Positions 47,941 through 61,440 are shown, counted from the whole stretch's first letter. The stretch is 63,298 nucleotides of DNA, filler included, from Asterionella formosa (GCA_002256025.1; 15 parts of 15 records of this genome joined end to end with filler, not necessarily neighbours in it); one strand, 5' to 3'. The notes: a model not told the origin generated them from the letters alone. A program made the numbers and translations.

Positions 47941-49755
47941 CACCCTCACCAACAGATGCAGGCAGAAGAACAGGAGCGGGGGTGGAGATGAGATCAGCAT
48001 CGGAAGCCAAGCACGCATAATAGTTAGGAGGACTAGGGAGGGATGGAGGGCAATGGAGATAGTGCGGGCGCATCAACATATGATGGGAAGTGGGATGATG
48101 TTTAGTGAAATAATCAGCACGATTCAAACTACCTTTTTTCCAGTAGACAAGAAATTGGCCTTGGCGAACCCGATCGCGTACCCAGTAATAACGCATACCC
48201 ATAGCTTTGGAACGTTTTTGTCGGACAGTATCATTGGCAATGCCACTGGCAGTGCTATTATCGGTGACAATACGGGTAGAAGGTTGGGGATGACCAAGCT
48301 CAACAAGAATGGTGCGAATAGCATATGCCTCTTTGCCATTGTGGAATAAAGCAGCTAATTCGGCCTCAGCAGCACTTGATACAACCTCCTTAAGAATTTG
48401 ACAGTGGACGTAAATAGCACCGTTAAGAGGAGGGATGGATGTAGTGAGGCTAGGTGGAGACACGGGTTTACAGCTGAGAAAGTGAATGCCAGCAGCGCTG
48501 GAGTGACCACGTGTTTCAGAGAGATAGGAAGCATCGCTTTCAACATGGAGGACCATGTCACTGGCAGTAAAGCGAAGTGTGGCCTCAGGATGAGTGGCAC
48601 ATTAATTGAGAAGGTGAGTAATAGCAGTCAAGGTAGCCACAGTGGGGGTTGCTTGTTGTGTAGCCAATGTACCAAGGGCCGGCAACATAGTACAATCAAT
48701 AGCACGGGCATACTACAATAAAGTACCAAGAATCTCTTGCACACGTGTTTTATCATGGAGGTCAAGGACAGGGGTGACATCAGAAACAACAAATTGCTGG
48801 CAAGCGCCCTAACTAGGTGCAGTCCAGGCATGGGGGGCATGTTGTGGGTGTGTTGGGGTGGAGTGCGTGAATCGTTGTAGAGCACAAACAATGTAACCAG
48901 GCATAGTGAGGTCAACTGTGCGATGTTTGTAGTCCCACGTCAGTGTAAGGCCAATGTATCGAGAGCCAGTCCAATCAGTTGTGAGTCGGTATTTGGGACG
49001 TAAAGTGGTGAGGAGACGGTCCACGTCACTACGTTTGGTGTAACATACACCAAAATCATCAACATCAAGCGTAAACATGAGATCACTGGTGGTATCCATC
49101 CATAGGCCAGGGGTGACTGGGCAGGGGAGGTAATGATGTGGTAGCAAGAATTGAGCAAGTTGATCATTGGCAAGTTTACCAGCTTGAGGCAGCCCATACA
49201 TGCCACCACGGATTTCGGCATAGATGTGCCCATCAATGATTTTGGGAGCTAGGTTATAGAGGGTTTGAATGTGTGGGGGAATCATCCATATAGGGATGCG
49301 CACGTATTCATACTCGGCAGGTGCAAGATGACTTTCCAGATAAAAATCAGATAAATCCACAGTCATGAAGCGGCCAATGGGGGTACTGATGGTGCTGTTG
49401 AACAAAAATTTTGCAGTAGTGAGATCAGCAGTCTTGGTGCTGACATTTCCAGTGTAAATGACGCGATCCCCCTCAGCGGTCCAACGAACTCGTTGGGGAA
49501 TGGTTTTTTCAGGGCGATCGGCACACACAATGCGGATGTAAGTGGCGCGTTTGTGTGAGGGAATTTCATGCTTATAAATGAAAAAACAGCAATTAGTACC
49601 TGTGGGCATGTCAGAATGGGGTCCCAAGCCCTGAAATAACCGGCCAATTTCTAAGCCGTTGGCAGTGGCCCACAGGGGAGCAGTGCTGCAAGTCAATAAT
49701 TCTCGATAGCCAGCAATTTTGCCATTGTCAGGGTTGATAGCGGTGCCATGTAAAC
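47773..49755 (-). mobile_element. 3' half of a degenerate Ty1/copia (CoDi-like) LTR retrotransposon
   Basis: RT motifs GMYGLPQAG and LDVDDFGV (YVDD altered). RNase H motifs ESDASYLSE, SAAEAELAALF, TDNSTA, DYFTK. Frameshifts/stops lie between RT and RNase H. Purine tract GGTGAGGGTG precedes the LTR. Confidence 0.95.
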
Positions 49756-51215
49756 NNNNNNNNNNNNNNNNNNNNNNNNNNNNNNNNNNNNNNNNNNNNT
49801 TAATTAATTAANNNNNNNNNNNNNNNNNNNNNNNNNNNNNNNNNNNNNNNNNNNNTAAGTAGGCGGTGTTTGTGATGCCATAGAGAGCACTGCATGCATG
49901 ATGGAATGCTGACAACAAATGGAGCAGAAAGAGGATTATATGGCCATAATATGATTGTGCCCAAGAAACTGAGGATCCAGCAGGAATAGGGCGATTTCCC
50001 AGATGGCCAGATTCGCGAGATGCTGCTAGAGGGTAGGGTTACATCCAATAAAACTTCTTGTTGGTACCTTTTGTGGGATCAAAAATGGAGTTTACATCCA
50101 ACAATCTACCAATCCACCTATCTATTGTTGAAATTGCATCCCGAAGCCTACTATTGCTTTCTTGTATCCTGTAACCTGTAAGGACACGTCAGGGACATAA
50201 TAGGCTGTAGATATGAACAACGGTTGCAGTAATTGATTGTAATCGTTCCTAAAAGGTTTAATTGAATTTTGGATTTTGCTGGCAATGCAGATTGTATCGA
50301 GTTCTGATTTTTCTGGTACCATATTCTCTTTGATTCATTCGATTCATATATATTTAGGTAATTTCATACTGAGATATCTCCTAAAATAATTTCTCCAACA
50401 TCAATTAGCCTTGTGAACTTACTAGAATTGGGGATGATACATAGACGCTCTATAGTTATAGTGGCATTCCTGTTTATCATTCCCTCAGCCTCTAGTTGAC
50501 TACTGTCAACTGCAGTTAGAATAAATTTCTCATCCATGTGGCTTTGGTTGATGCAACCATAGTTGATGAAGGTGATCAGCATTGCTGCATGATGCATGAT
50601 TGCCTTATTTATCTGATTTCGTAGGAGGAACTGTTCGGGAGCGATACGGTAATAATTTCGGGAGCAGTGTTATCTTTGCCTAACTGGCACCAAGACATAA
50701 TAGTCAGGTCATGACTCAGCATGCGAACGCGATCACCGATATCGAATGTCCGTACCGGTATTTGGTAAAAAGTACAGCTTGACTATTATGGGATTATCGG
50801 TACCAGGTACCAGGTACCTGGTAGTTGTTGCCGACTGTGATGGATGCATTTTTCTATTCTCGCTTTGTTGATTGATTGAGAGCGNNNNNNNNNNNNNNNN
50901 NNNNNNNNNNNNNNNNNNNNNNNNNNNNTTAATTAATTAANNNNNNNNNNNNNNNNNNNNNNNNNNNNNNNNNNNNNNNNNNNNATGAATAAATGCAAAA
51001 GATTTATTATATATATATGGTGATGAGGATGAGGATGATGATGGTGCGATGACAACACAAGAAACACCTCACAAGTCCTCTGATGATCATCATCATGGCG
51101 GTGATCGTTTTTGTTCTCTGTCAGGGTCACAAAACAGACCCCTACTAAAATTGGTTACCGGCAGTCTACCTCCGGTACTTCCTACGCCATCTATCACAAC
51201 TACCGTTACGAAAAC

Positions 51216-51836
51216 ATGCGCTTGTCACCTTTGACGACTCTTACCTTATTGGTAACTGTGGTTTGCTCTGATGCGTTTGCAGTTCGACGAACAATGACTA
51301 TGAAGCGAGGTCGAGGATCGTTTGGGAAAGAATTCGGTGAAGGGATAGGTGGTGCGAAACCATCCTCAAGTGGTGGCATTTCGAGTACACCTGGGGCACC
51401 TAGTTCTCAGTGGGTTCCTGTCCAAGGCATTGCTTCGATGAAGGATTTACCAACCGAAGAAGGAAAAGTCAAAATCATCGATACAATGGCAGAAGGGCTC
51501 AAGAACGGAGCGACCAACCCAACAGGGGCTGTAGCAGTTATCAAGTATGGCCCTGCAACATACTGTACGTCAGTTGCTTGCTCCGCTTGCAAGATTCCTC
51601 TCAACAAGGCCAAGATCGCTGGACCCAGTAGCGAGACTGCTCGTGATCCAAGAATTATCTGTGATTTCTGCGCAGCAACCTTCAATCTGAGAACAGGGCA
51701 ACGTGTCGCATCTGAAGGCGGAAATGGAATTTTGGGTGGGATTACCAAGGCTCTCTTTTCCGCAAAGAGTGCGGAGTCGTTGCCAGTCTATGCTCTAGGA
51801 GAAAAAGACGGGAAAGTGCTGATTAATTTGGGTTGA
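51216..51836 (+). CDS. Plastid-targeted Rieske-fold-like protein with CxxC/CxxC motifs
   Basis: Signal peptide ending SDA|FAV. ACSACKIPL, IICDFCAATFNLRTG and C-terminal LPVYALGEKDGKVLI follow the Rieske ferredoxin layout. Confidence 0.75.
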   Translation: MRLSPLTTLTLLVTVVCSDAFAVRRTMTMKRGRGSFGKEFGEGIGGAKPSSSGGISSTPGAPSSQWVPVQGIASMKDLPTEEGKVKIIDTMAEGLKNGATNPTGAVAVIKYGPATYCTSVACSACKIPLNKAKIAGPSSETARDPRIICDFCAATFNLRTGQRVASEGGNGILGGITKALFSAKSAESLPVYALGEKDGKVLINLG

Positions 51837-52113
51837 GCCGCTTCTTTAAGCCACTTTTACAGGTCGACAGTTTACCTTGATGCTACACATGATCGACCAT
51901 ACGTCTTTATACCACATCGAAATTGATAAAGGTAAAGAGTCAGACGAAAATATCGTTTTAGTAGATAGTCTTAATTGTTTGTCATTCTCGATACATTTGA
52001 CTTAGGGCAGCAANNNNNNNNNNNNNNNNNNNNNNNNNNNNNNNNNNNNNNNNNNNNTTAATTAATTAANNNNNNNNNNNNNNNNNNNNNNNNNNNNNNN
52101 NNNNNNNNNNNNN

Positions 52114-52900
52114 ACGATGGCACCGGGACTGGTGGACAATCATTGGGTAAATAATCACAAATGGAAGGATTCGCTCTAGATGAGTTTGATGAGGCTGTGC
52201 TTGGTGACTTGCTCTGATTTCCACACCCTGCACCCAAGGCGCATAACAACATTGCAGTAGGAACCTGTGCGATCTCGTTCGATATGTCTGTGGGTATCAT
52301 GGATCGGAAGACAGATGAAGGTGCGTAAATGTTGGTTGCTAACAATGATTTTTGCTGTGACCTGGATTGAACCCCAGATAGAGTCTGTGGAGACGAATAA
52401 TGAGGTGGGCCTGCAATTATAGCAGGGACTAAAGATGTGTCAGGAGTTGAATTTGTCGAAGCGGGGGTTGGAGCAGGCGATGCCCTACGCTTGGATGGCG
52501 AACTTGAAGGAGCACGATCTGAATTTCTGCTGCCTGGAATAGCTCTTAGGAATGGGGAGGTCTTTGAATGGGAGTCACTGACTCCAGATGGTTTCATTGT
52601 CCGTAACGGCCTAGGCGATGGGATTCCGTCAAGGAGGAGTATTGGTATTGGTTGACCTAATCGGTTCGAGGTAAATTGATCTCCATCGTTTGCTGCAGCG
52701 TCTTTGCCGCCGTTGATCTCCCATCGTCCTGCTGCATATCCTCCGTCCCCGTTGTGCCGTCGACGACGAAGGAAGCGGACCCCCGGCTCCTTGTTGTCGT
52801 TATTATTGACGTCCGCGGCGCTCATGCCTGCTGGCCTCGGGCGCTTGAGGCCCCGGAGGTGTGTCCTCTGTTCCTCGACATGCTTTCGCTCTCTTGTCAT
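52114..52900 (-). CDS. Hypothetical low-complexity protein, 3' truncated by contig end
   Basis: More than 260 open codons, S/P/R-rich, no recognisable domain. Confidence 0.5.
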
Positions 52901-54371
52901 GATCGAGTCTATATATGGTGGGTGCAGTCAACAACAGTTCTGTCAGCTCTCTTTCAGAATGCAGACTGCTGGGATGAATGTCGCTATAATACATTATAAT
53001 TACTGGGTCATAAATACCGGAATGTGACATACCGGTCCCAGGTAGTATGTAACGGTACATCCATTCACAATACTGTACATCGTCACATCTCTATGTACCG
53101 TACATCAATCCCAATAGAAAATAATTGCAAGAAATTATGTACNNNNNNNNNNNNNNNNNNNNNNNNNNNNNNNNNNNNNNNNNNNNTTAATTAATTAANN
53201 NNNNNNNNNNNNNNNNNNNNNNNNNNNNNNNNNNNNNNNNNNATACGTGCTTGCGGGCTCGCCGAGTTCACGACACGAGAGACGGGGAAGCGAATCATAG
53301 CCGTGCGGAGAGGCATCATGATTGTGATTTGAGAATTTGATTTGGATGGCAAAACAAGAGCGTGAGTTAAATTTTATGGACGCTTTCTTGACGCTTTCTT
53401 GTTGTTGAATGTATTTAGGCGTGATGGCAGTTTCTCCATGATTCTGATGGCTCCTCAATGGGTCATTCTTGTGTACGAACCGAACTCACATCACTTTCGA
53501 GTATGTTGCCCTGCCCTCAACCGTGTGGGTTACTTTCAAGACTGGCCTTTCTCACGACTACTTGCTTAAACAACGCACTGGAGCAACAAAACCGTCGAAA
53601 TCATACATGATTGCTTATTAGAAGCTGCCAAAGGAGTTGCTCCCCCGTGACTCAGCATGCCAGCGCATTTCCTGTCAACTCCGACCTCCGTTGAACGTCA
53701 GATTTCCATTCGTAGTATGTACTGTAGCAAAGACAGAAACAGGCAGTAGTGTAGCAACGGGCGATAGGTCCACCTAATATGTACAGTATAACAAATGTGA
53801 ATACATAAACACATGTGGATTTGGATTATACTGTTGGCTCTGTGACTCCTACATACATACGGATGTACCGGTGATTATTTTGCTTTTAGCGAAGAATATT
53901 AATAAGGCAGTGAATTATTTACCGGTACGAGGTAGTCGTACTAAACACTTTTTTGAAAATGTGTGGTATACGTACATAGGTTATCCCTCAAGTATATACC
54001 GGTAGGCAACATAGAGTGAAGGCTACGAAGAGGATTTACCGATACCGGGTATGTAGTAGCCTTTCAAATTGGGTTTTTGGCAACATCGTGACGATGATAA
54101 ATGAGTGTCACTTCACGGTGTCATGTTAACATACTATCAACTGTAATGTCGCGGCCGTGCGATGGTTGGTGATTGGGATTCAGCACATCACGAGAACGGG
54201 CGTCAAGTGATGAAGAAATGAATTAGACCTCGACTAGGCTGGTAACGCGAAAGATTTTTCTCGTTTCAAAANNNNNNNNNNNNNNNNNNNNNNNNNNNNN
54301 NNNNNNNNNNNNNNNTTAATTAATTAANNNNNNNNNNNNNNNNNNNNNNNNNNNNNNNNNNNNNNNNNNNN

Positions 54372-55353
54372 TGCAATGTTCCAAGATCAGAGGCAATAAT
54401 GATGCACCCTCCTCAAATTGAGCCATCGATCTTCCCCACTGGTTCAACTCGCACCAATAATCTATTCGTCGCTGCAGCGGCTGCGATTTGGAATGGGAAA
54501 CATCACACACAGTCAAGTTTGTATTGCACTCTTGCATTGTTGATAAGAATAGGTACCCACTCATGTAACCCATGGTATCGTTGAACCGCAGATCGATAAT
54601 TCGCAAATGTGTATTGTGCTTCAATGAAGCTGCAAGTGCCTTGGCACCTGTGGCACCGATCTCGTTGTCCGCCATCCTCAATCCTTGAAGTCGACAATCC
54701 ATTCTAAGCGCGTTGGCAAAGGCAATGGCACCCACATCTGATACAGAGTTCCGAGATAAGGTTAAGTCATTGATTGAGCCATTTTGTGGCAAAGATTCAG
54801 CCAGGACGCATGCACCTTCGTCGCCAATGGAGTTCCCGGTGAGATCAATTTTGCTGATTCCAGTGCTATCCGAATGTTCTCGAATGGCAAGCCCAAGAGC
54901 AATGGCTCCATCGGAACCAATGTTGTTGTAGGACAGATTCAATGTTTCCAGAGCCGGATTATAACGGAGGGCCTTGGCGATTTCAGCACATCCAGAATCA
55001 CAAATGTCATTACCAAAAAGGCAGAGATGTTTGAGCTGAAGGTTGGTGCGCATATAATGGGAAATGGCGCAGGCGCCTCGGTAGCTAATGTGATTGCACG
55101 AAAGATTCAAGTCTTGAACGTAATTGTTGGTGAGTTCCTTGGTCAGAATTTCTGTGCCTTTGTCGGCCAAGTCGTTTCCGATGAGATTTACCTGAATTGG
55201 ACCTGTTGCGACACGAAGAATGCGAGCTATGTCTTCGGCGTTTGATAGCTGCTTCCAAGGAAGATTTATCGTTCGAACGATCGATTCTTCCTCGTCTTGT
55301 TCGTCGTTGTCTTCATCGCTGTCAACAGTGTTGTATAAACTGTTAACTGACAT
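54372..55353 (-). CDS. RNI-like (NLRC3-type) leucine-rich-repeat protein, 3' truncated
   Basis: About eight 28-aa repeats of LxLxxNxIGxxGAxxLAxAL and a C-terminal IDYWCELNQWGR cap. Confidence 0.9.
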
Positions 55354-55643
55354 TATTATAGGGGAACTAAATCAATTGCTTCTTTACTTTCGCGAGTAGA
55401 NNNNNNNNNNNNNNNNNNNNNNNNNNNNNNNNNNNNNNNNNNNNTTAATTAATTAANNNNNNNNNNNNNNNNNNNNNNNNNNNNNNNNNNNNNNNNNNNN
55501 TTGACCATAAAGTCTAAAATAATTCAGGGTTTACAATAATTATCCCTAAAGCCATACTTTACCATGAATGATGTTGAAGGCCTTTATGTACTAATAATGA
55601 TGAATGAACCATACAACATCAATACTGTTTCCCAACTCGTTCA

Positions 55644-56408
55644 TCAACTCCAAAAATTCTTGACTCTTGGCTTACTACCCTGTCGATAATATACATTTGT
55701 TTCCTTGTCAAAATAAAAAACTTCACCATTGTCATAAATCCGATCACCATAAACCTTGTCTGTCCGAAATGTCTCATCATTTGGTAATTCCTCTAGTGTA
55801 TATGGGTCATCATAATAAGGATCATATTCAATCCCATAGTCTGTTTCAAATTGAGAAATATCTTGTTCAGTAGTCATGGTTGGTTTCGTCATGACAGTCG
55901 TTGTGGTGGTAGAACGACTTTTGCCATAGGCACTACCAGTACTACTCGACGCTTCTTGTCGTTTCAATTCATTTCGTGTCAATGTTGGATCGTTTTGTAA
56001 TTTTGCAATACGTGCTTCCTCCAATCGTAATTCAAAAGCCCGTTCTTCCAATCGTGATCGTGCAATTTGTTTCGAAATGGCCATGGCAAATCCTAATATT
56101 GGAAATAAACAAGTGAAGAATCCATCAGGAACATCAATAATTTTGCCATAGTATAATGTAGTTGAAGTAGTGGAATGTTGGTGTTGGTGGTGATTGAGTG
56201 GTTGTGGAATGTTTGTCATGGTAATAGCAACAGTACCAGTAGTAACATGGTCAAACGGAAATGGTCGGACATGAAACGTCGATGACTGTGTATTGGTTGG
56301 TGTCAAAAAGGCAGCAGAGGGTTGGAGTGAACCGAAAAGTACTAGTACTATAAGGAATACCAATGGAATTAGTTGATGGGCATGTTGAGAGAAAGCTAGC
56401 ATCGTCAT
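55644..56408 (-). CDS. Hypothetical plastid-targeted membrane protein
   Basis: Signal peptide ending SAA|FLTP, Thr-rich transit region, one hydrophobic helix (FFTCLFPILGFAMAI), acidic/aromatic C-domain IEYDPYYDDPY...YGDRIYDNGEVFY. Confidence 0.75.
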   Translation of the reverse strand: MTMLAFSQHAHQLIPLVFLIVLVLFGSLQPSAAFLTPTNTQSSTFHVRPFPFDHVTTGTVAITMTNIPQPLNHHQHQHSTTSTTLYYGKIIDVPDGFFTCLFPILGFAMAISKQIARSRLEERAFELRLEEARIAKLQNDPTLTRNELKRQEASSSTGSAYGKSRSTTTTTVMTKPTMTTEQDISQFETDYGIEYDPYYDDPYTLEELPNDETFRTDKVYGDRIYDNGEVFYFDKETNVYYRQGSKPRVKNFWS

Positions 56409-56629
56409 GGTCGGTGGACAAGGAGTCCCAACTCAGCAACACCAATCAGTTCATGTAGCAAATGAAGTTATAGCGTTATTTCATTTCATGTAAAATGTGC
56501 ATGACTCTCGGACATACCGCTACCGGTAGNNNNNNNNNNNNNNNNNNNNNNNNNNNNNNNNNNNNNNNNNNNNTTAATTAATTAANNNNNNNNNNNNNNN
56601 NNNNNNNNNNNNNNNNNNNNNNNNNNNNN

Positions 56630-57530
56630 CTGCCAGCAATTTCATTACCAGTATCCCCAGTTGTATAGTTCTGGGTCCATACATCCCAACTATTTTCTAA
56701 GACAAGCAAGGCATATGCTTCATCCGATACAGTCATGATGGAGGCCATATTTTTTTTGTGTTTTTGGCTAGCATAATCACCATACTTCACTACCCGAGAA
56801 AAAATGTAATTCACTAGAATAATGAAGGGATGCTCTTCAACTTTACCAACATCTGGTGGTTCTGTCCTGGACTGAACAATCGTATTCCGGGAAAGAAACT
56901 GTAACTTTCCATCCTCAACCATTCCTGTTTTTATAATTAAGTATTCTTGTTTGGAACAGGAAGCCAACAGCAAGCACGACACCTCATTTTGAACTTACTT
57001 TTGAAACCCTTTCTGATTGATGTTGAAACAGCATTCCTTTTTTCAGACATAATTTTGTTGATGTCACACTTGTGTGTGAACCAAAATGATTCAAACTCTT
57101 CATCAGTACCATTTCTGAGTGATGGGAAATGATAACGAACAGCACAAGCAATGCTGTCGGGTTCCCTCATTTCCAAATCATAATCACCTGTGACGAATTT
57201 AACTTTTGGAAACAATTCCTCTCTGACCCAGCTAGCCAGAAGGTTTGTCCAATGTTTGCACCGGCCAATTCCACCTACTACTCCAATTGTTAAACGGTTG
57301 TTTTCAGCTGCTAATTCACGTAGGCGCTTGATTTCCTGTGTACTCTCAGACAATAGAATTTGGAGTTTATCTCTTTCTTGTTCTGCCGTCAACCTCCCAT
57401 CTCCTTTGACACTCTCTTCCGATTCATTATACTCCTCAAGTTGATAATCGTCGTATCCATCCGATGCAGGATTGTCTGGTATGGAGTCTGTATCAGACAA
57501 CGATGCAGAATTGTGTCGATTAGCCCACAT
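56630..57530 (-). CDS. Hypothetical protein, join of 57530..56999 and 56924..56630, 3' truncated; possibly transposon-associated
   Basis: A 74-nt GTAAGT...CAG intron (56998-56925) joins two listed ORFs in frame (GFK-R-MVEDG). Motifs LFPKVKFVT and TVSDEAYALLVLENSW. Confidence 0.65.
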
Positions 57531-60029
57531 GGTGGTGGTTTGGCAAAAGTTAAGTTAACACGTCGTTTGTTAAAACAACAAAATCATTGTGATCTGCTAC
57601 TAGTGACAGCACTTCTAAGTACTATTGGAGACAATCAATGCTCGTGATGTGTTGATTCNNNNNNNNNNNNNNNNNNNNNNNNNNNNNNNNNNNNNNNNNN
57701 NNTTAATTAATTAANNNNNNNNNNNNNNNNNNNNNNNNNNNNNNNNNNNNNNNNNNNNAGAGAAAAGGGACGCATATTGTTTTTCTTGTTCTTTGTGATC
57801 GCAGCAATGAAGTACATTTTGGTTTCTAGTGTTCAATCCACAGGTTCAATCTGTCTACAATTGCGCCAGTAAAGCGACAGATCACTATTAAGTATTTGAC
57901 ACCCTCCACCTTGGGAACCGTCACAACCGCCAGCTGCTTCAGTGTTGACTCCACCTATAAGTGCAATGCTGTCCCTGGCATATCCAAACTTAGTTACAAT
58001 GCTGCATCCTTTTCTACTCCACCTGGAAATGCCATTTTGAATCTTGTCCAGGCCAAGATTAATAACGGAGATCTCCAATGTGAATTGAAACGTCTCTACT
58101 CGGGATCCCCATTACGCGTCATTACTGGTGGAGGCTGCAAACAGTAATGGATCATGACAATACATCCCATCTCCAAATATGAAATTTACAAAGGAAACAA
58201 AGAGACTCTTAGAACCCTAAATCTAAGTATACACGTCGACACAATAGAAGTCTGCCATTACCGGTAATATGTACCAAGTCCGTAGTATTCTCCCTACATG
58301 TTCTCGTAGCAGTCCAAATATTTAACGTTATTAACTCCGCTAGAGTGATGTGATATGTGGACTACAGCTATCATTCCTGGTTTTATCAACCGGAACGTAG
58401 GCCTTTTCAAGAAGTTCTTTTGCATTTAATAATCAAGAGTAAAAATTTGTGATGTGCACACAAAATTGACGCAATATTTATTTGTTCTGCATCATTTATG
58501 AACATATGAATATATATTTATATACATTAGTATATATTATAATAATAAAATGTTCCCTCTTCTCATTTCCCTGCCAAAAGGTATGCAACAAACATTGGTC
58601 TGTTGTTGTCGTACAATCTTGTCGATTTTGTTGCTTGCTTTGCTGGTGTGCTGTTCACAATGTTAGATCATAGACATATTTTGCTTTCCTGAAATTTGTG
58701 TCGAAAATGAGGGCACAGAGATTTGTTTTGAATGGTTTGACAAGCTTGTTCTCAATGCTGATGGGGTCCACATCATGTGTTGTGTTNNNNNNNNNNNNNN
58801 NNNNNNNNNNNNNNNNNNNNNNNNNNNNNNTTAATTAATTAANNNNNNNNNNNNNNNNNNNNNNNNNNNNNNNNNNNNNNNNNNNNCCTGACAGATGGAA
58901 CAAATGTTCTGAGGCTCAAGTACTAATATTCACTGGCAATATGAATTTTGTAACCTCAGAATTCACTTCTGCTTGCCCCACAAGATCAATGGATGAGTTG
59001 GGCTGTATCGGGATTGCAACTTGCTATGTTCACATCCTCGCTTGTTGTTCCTGTTTCAGTCTCACAGACAAACCGATTCACGGTACCTGAATGTCTCGGT
59101 GTATGTGGAACTAAGTATTGTGGTTGTTTCATAGAACGACGAAAGCCCTCTCCCTCATCTTACAAAACGAATTCCAGCCGTGCACAGGTCATTGATTTAA
59201 TCGCGTTGTTAGATACCGTGCTATACCGTAGTCTCTCGAGTGATTGAAAAGGTCCAATAATTTGGAAAGAAGCGGTTTTATTGTCCCATTGTCAAAAACG
59301 AGCATGTTTGCCTTGACGAAGGATTCTTCTTAAGAGGATCAAATTGTATTGACCCGCTTTTTTTTGGTTGATTGATAACATAAATGTGGCGGAGTAATCT
59401 TAGACACTCGTTCAATACACCGGTACACGTTGCTAATTAATAAGATCATGGAGAGGATATAAAAAAGAGGTTGCCGATCACACAAAAAAATCATAGCTTG
59501 TATAAACAAATATATACAAGCAAAAGTGTCATCATTACTACAGCCAACAACAGACCTTGCAACAGGTAGCTACAGTTACGAGGAGGGAGTCATATGTTGT
59601 GCTACTGATGATGGGGGTCTAGTAGACCCTGATACTACTCAAGACTAGGCGTTGAAATATTTTGAAAGATATGATGTCTCTAACAAAGAAAGAACAATCA
59701 TTCTCCGATCTTATTGATAGTGGTCTAGAAGTCGGCTGGTCATGATGGCGCTAGACTCTTTGGAGTAGCCGCTAGCACTGTTATCGTTGCTACTGTTTGT
59801 CAATTTTGATTCTTTTTTATTGGTGTTGTCAGAAAAGAGAGCAGCCTCTTGAAAAGCTAGGTGCGACTGACTCACGACAGCATTGTTGCAAGCGGTTGCT
59901 AAATCAACAGTATANNNNNNNNNNNNNNNNNNNNNNNNNNNNNNNNNNNNNNNNNNNNTTAATTAATTAANNNNNNNNNNNNNNNNNNNNNNNNNNNNNN
60001 NNNNNNNNNNNNNNCTGCTTCAACCATCG

Positions 60030-61042
60030 ATGAATCCAAGCTCAAGCAATGTCGATCCTGGGAGCAATCAGGATCGGATTCCTTTCCTCGAAAAAAAATT
60101 GTCTCAATTAAAGAATCGTAGAATAAGCTTATTCGCTCAACTGGAACAAGCTCGAAGCGCCAGCGAACAACCAACGGTTTTGGATGAACTATCCCGAATC
60201 CGGCGTGGCAACAACACTCGTCCGTTGGAAAAATCGAGCGGCGACAAGCGAACAGTCGACCCATCGGTAGGATTTGACATACAAAGCAACCTTGCTGAGA
60301 GAATGTATTCTCTCAGAAAACGTCGGCGCATAATTGGATCACATAGGATTGCCGGAATCTCCATCCTCCCCTGTCCTGACTCAAATGTTCTCGGCATTCG
60401 ATTGGACATTTGCGTCCAGGGCGTGTATGTGGCACAACATCACTTATTCTTTGATGTTTCTATTCTTTGTTCTATGGAAGAGTCAACTGATTTTCAGGAC
60501 GAGACAATGCAACGGCCCTCTCTTCGCCTGGCTCAACACACAGTTCCATCGGGTGTGCCTCTTTCCTTGATTGTCGATCAAACGATTGGATCATCAGCAC
60601 TGATACCCAAAGATGACATGGGAGCAGTGTTGGGGCAGGTAGAAGAATGCGTTGGTCAGATTTATGATGCGTGTTATGTTTATGCTACTCGACAAAATCT
60701 GTGCACGTTTTTGAAAGAAAACACCAGGGAAAATTGTTCAAACTTCTCCTTTGCAATCCAACACTTGGTTTGTTCGGATTCATATGAAAGCTTCCAATTC
60801 GAACTGAATTGGCAACCTCAGAGGAGAAAAATGGAGCATGCACTGTCTTGTCACATTTCGCTGTCATTCGACGATCCAATGAGTGTCAAGGCAACACGTA
60901 TCGATGTTGAACTACTTAATAATGCCAATGACAATTTTTGTCAACCAGACGAGGTCATAAATGGTCCGCGAATTGTTGTCGAAGACAGTGAAGCAGATTA
61001 TGATATTGATCTAAAGGAGGTTAGGAGATTATTGCGAGTGCA
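60030..61042 (+). CDS. CENP-O/Mcm21-like kinetochore protein, 3' truncated
   Basis: N-terminal coiled coil, then HRIAGISIL...LGIRLDI...GVYV...LRLAQHTVPSGVPL, resembling the CENP-O RWD signature (R(L/I)AG, LGIRFD, HT(I/V)P..(I/V)PL). Confidence 0.65.
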
Positions 61043-61226
61043 NNNNNNNNNNNNNNNNNNNNNNNNNNNNNNNNNNNNNNNNNNNNTTAATTAATTAANN
61101 NNNNNNNNNNNNNNNNNNNNNNNNNNNNNNNNNNNNNNNNNNGTGGTATGTATTATGTCTAAAATATATTTATGTTCCATTATTCATTCATAGAGCAATG
61201 GTGTACAGCAATGACAGAAGTCCAAA

Positions 61227-61440
61227 AATGAGTCCAATGATGTTGATGAACTTCTCCGCTATTGGGGAGTTTCTAATGATCCCCTTACATATACCAATAT
61301 TGTTGGTCGGTATTGATACAGAGAAAAAGAGCCAGAAGCTAAAAGAATTGTCAAATTGAGAGGCGTTCTTCTGTGCTGACCAGGTGATGGAATTAGTTAT
61401 TCCTGTCATTCCAGGTAAGGTGCATCGACATAGTGTGCTA
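61227..61440 (+). pseudogene. Degenerate homolog of ORF 12884-13414
   Basis: NESNDVDELLRYWGVSNDP, IDTEKK, MELVIPVIP, with a frameshift and a stop. Confidence 0.75.
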
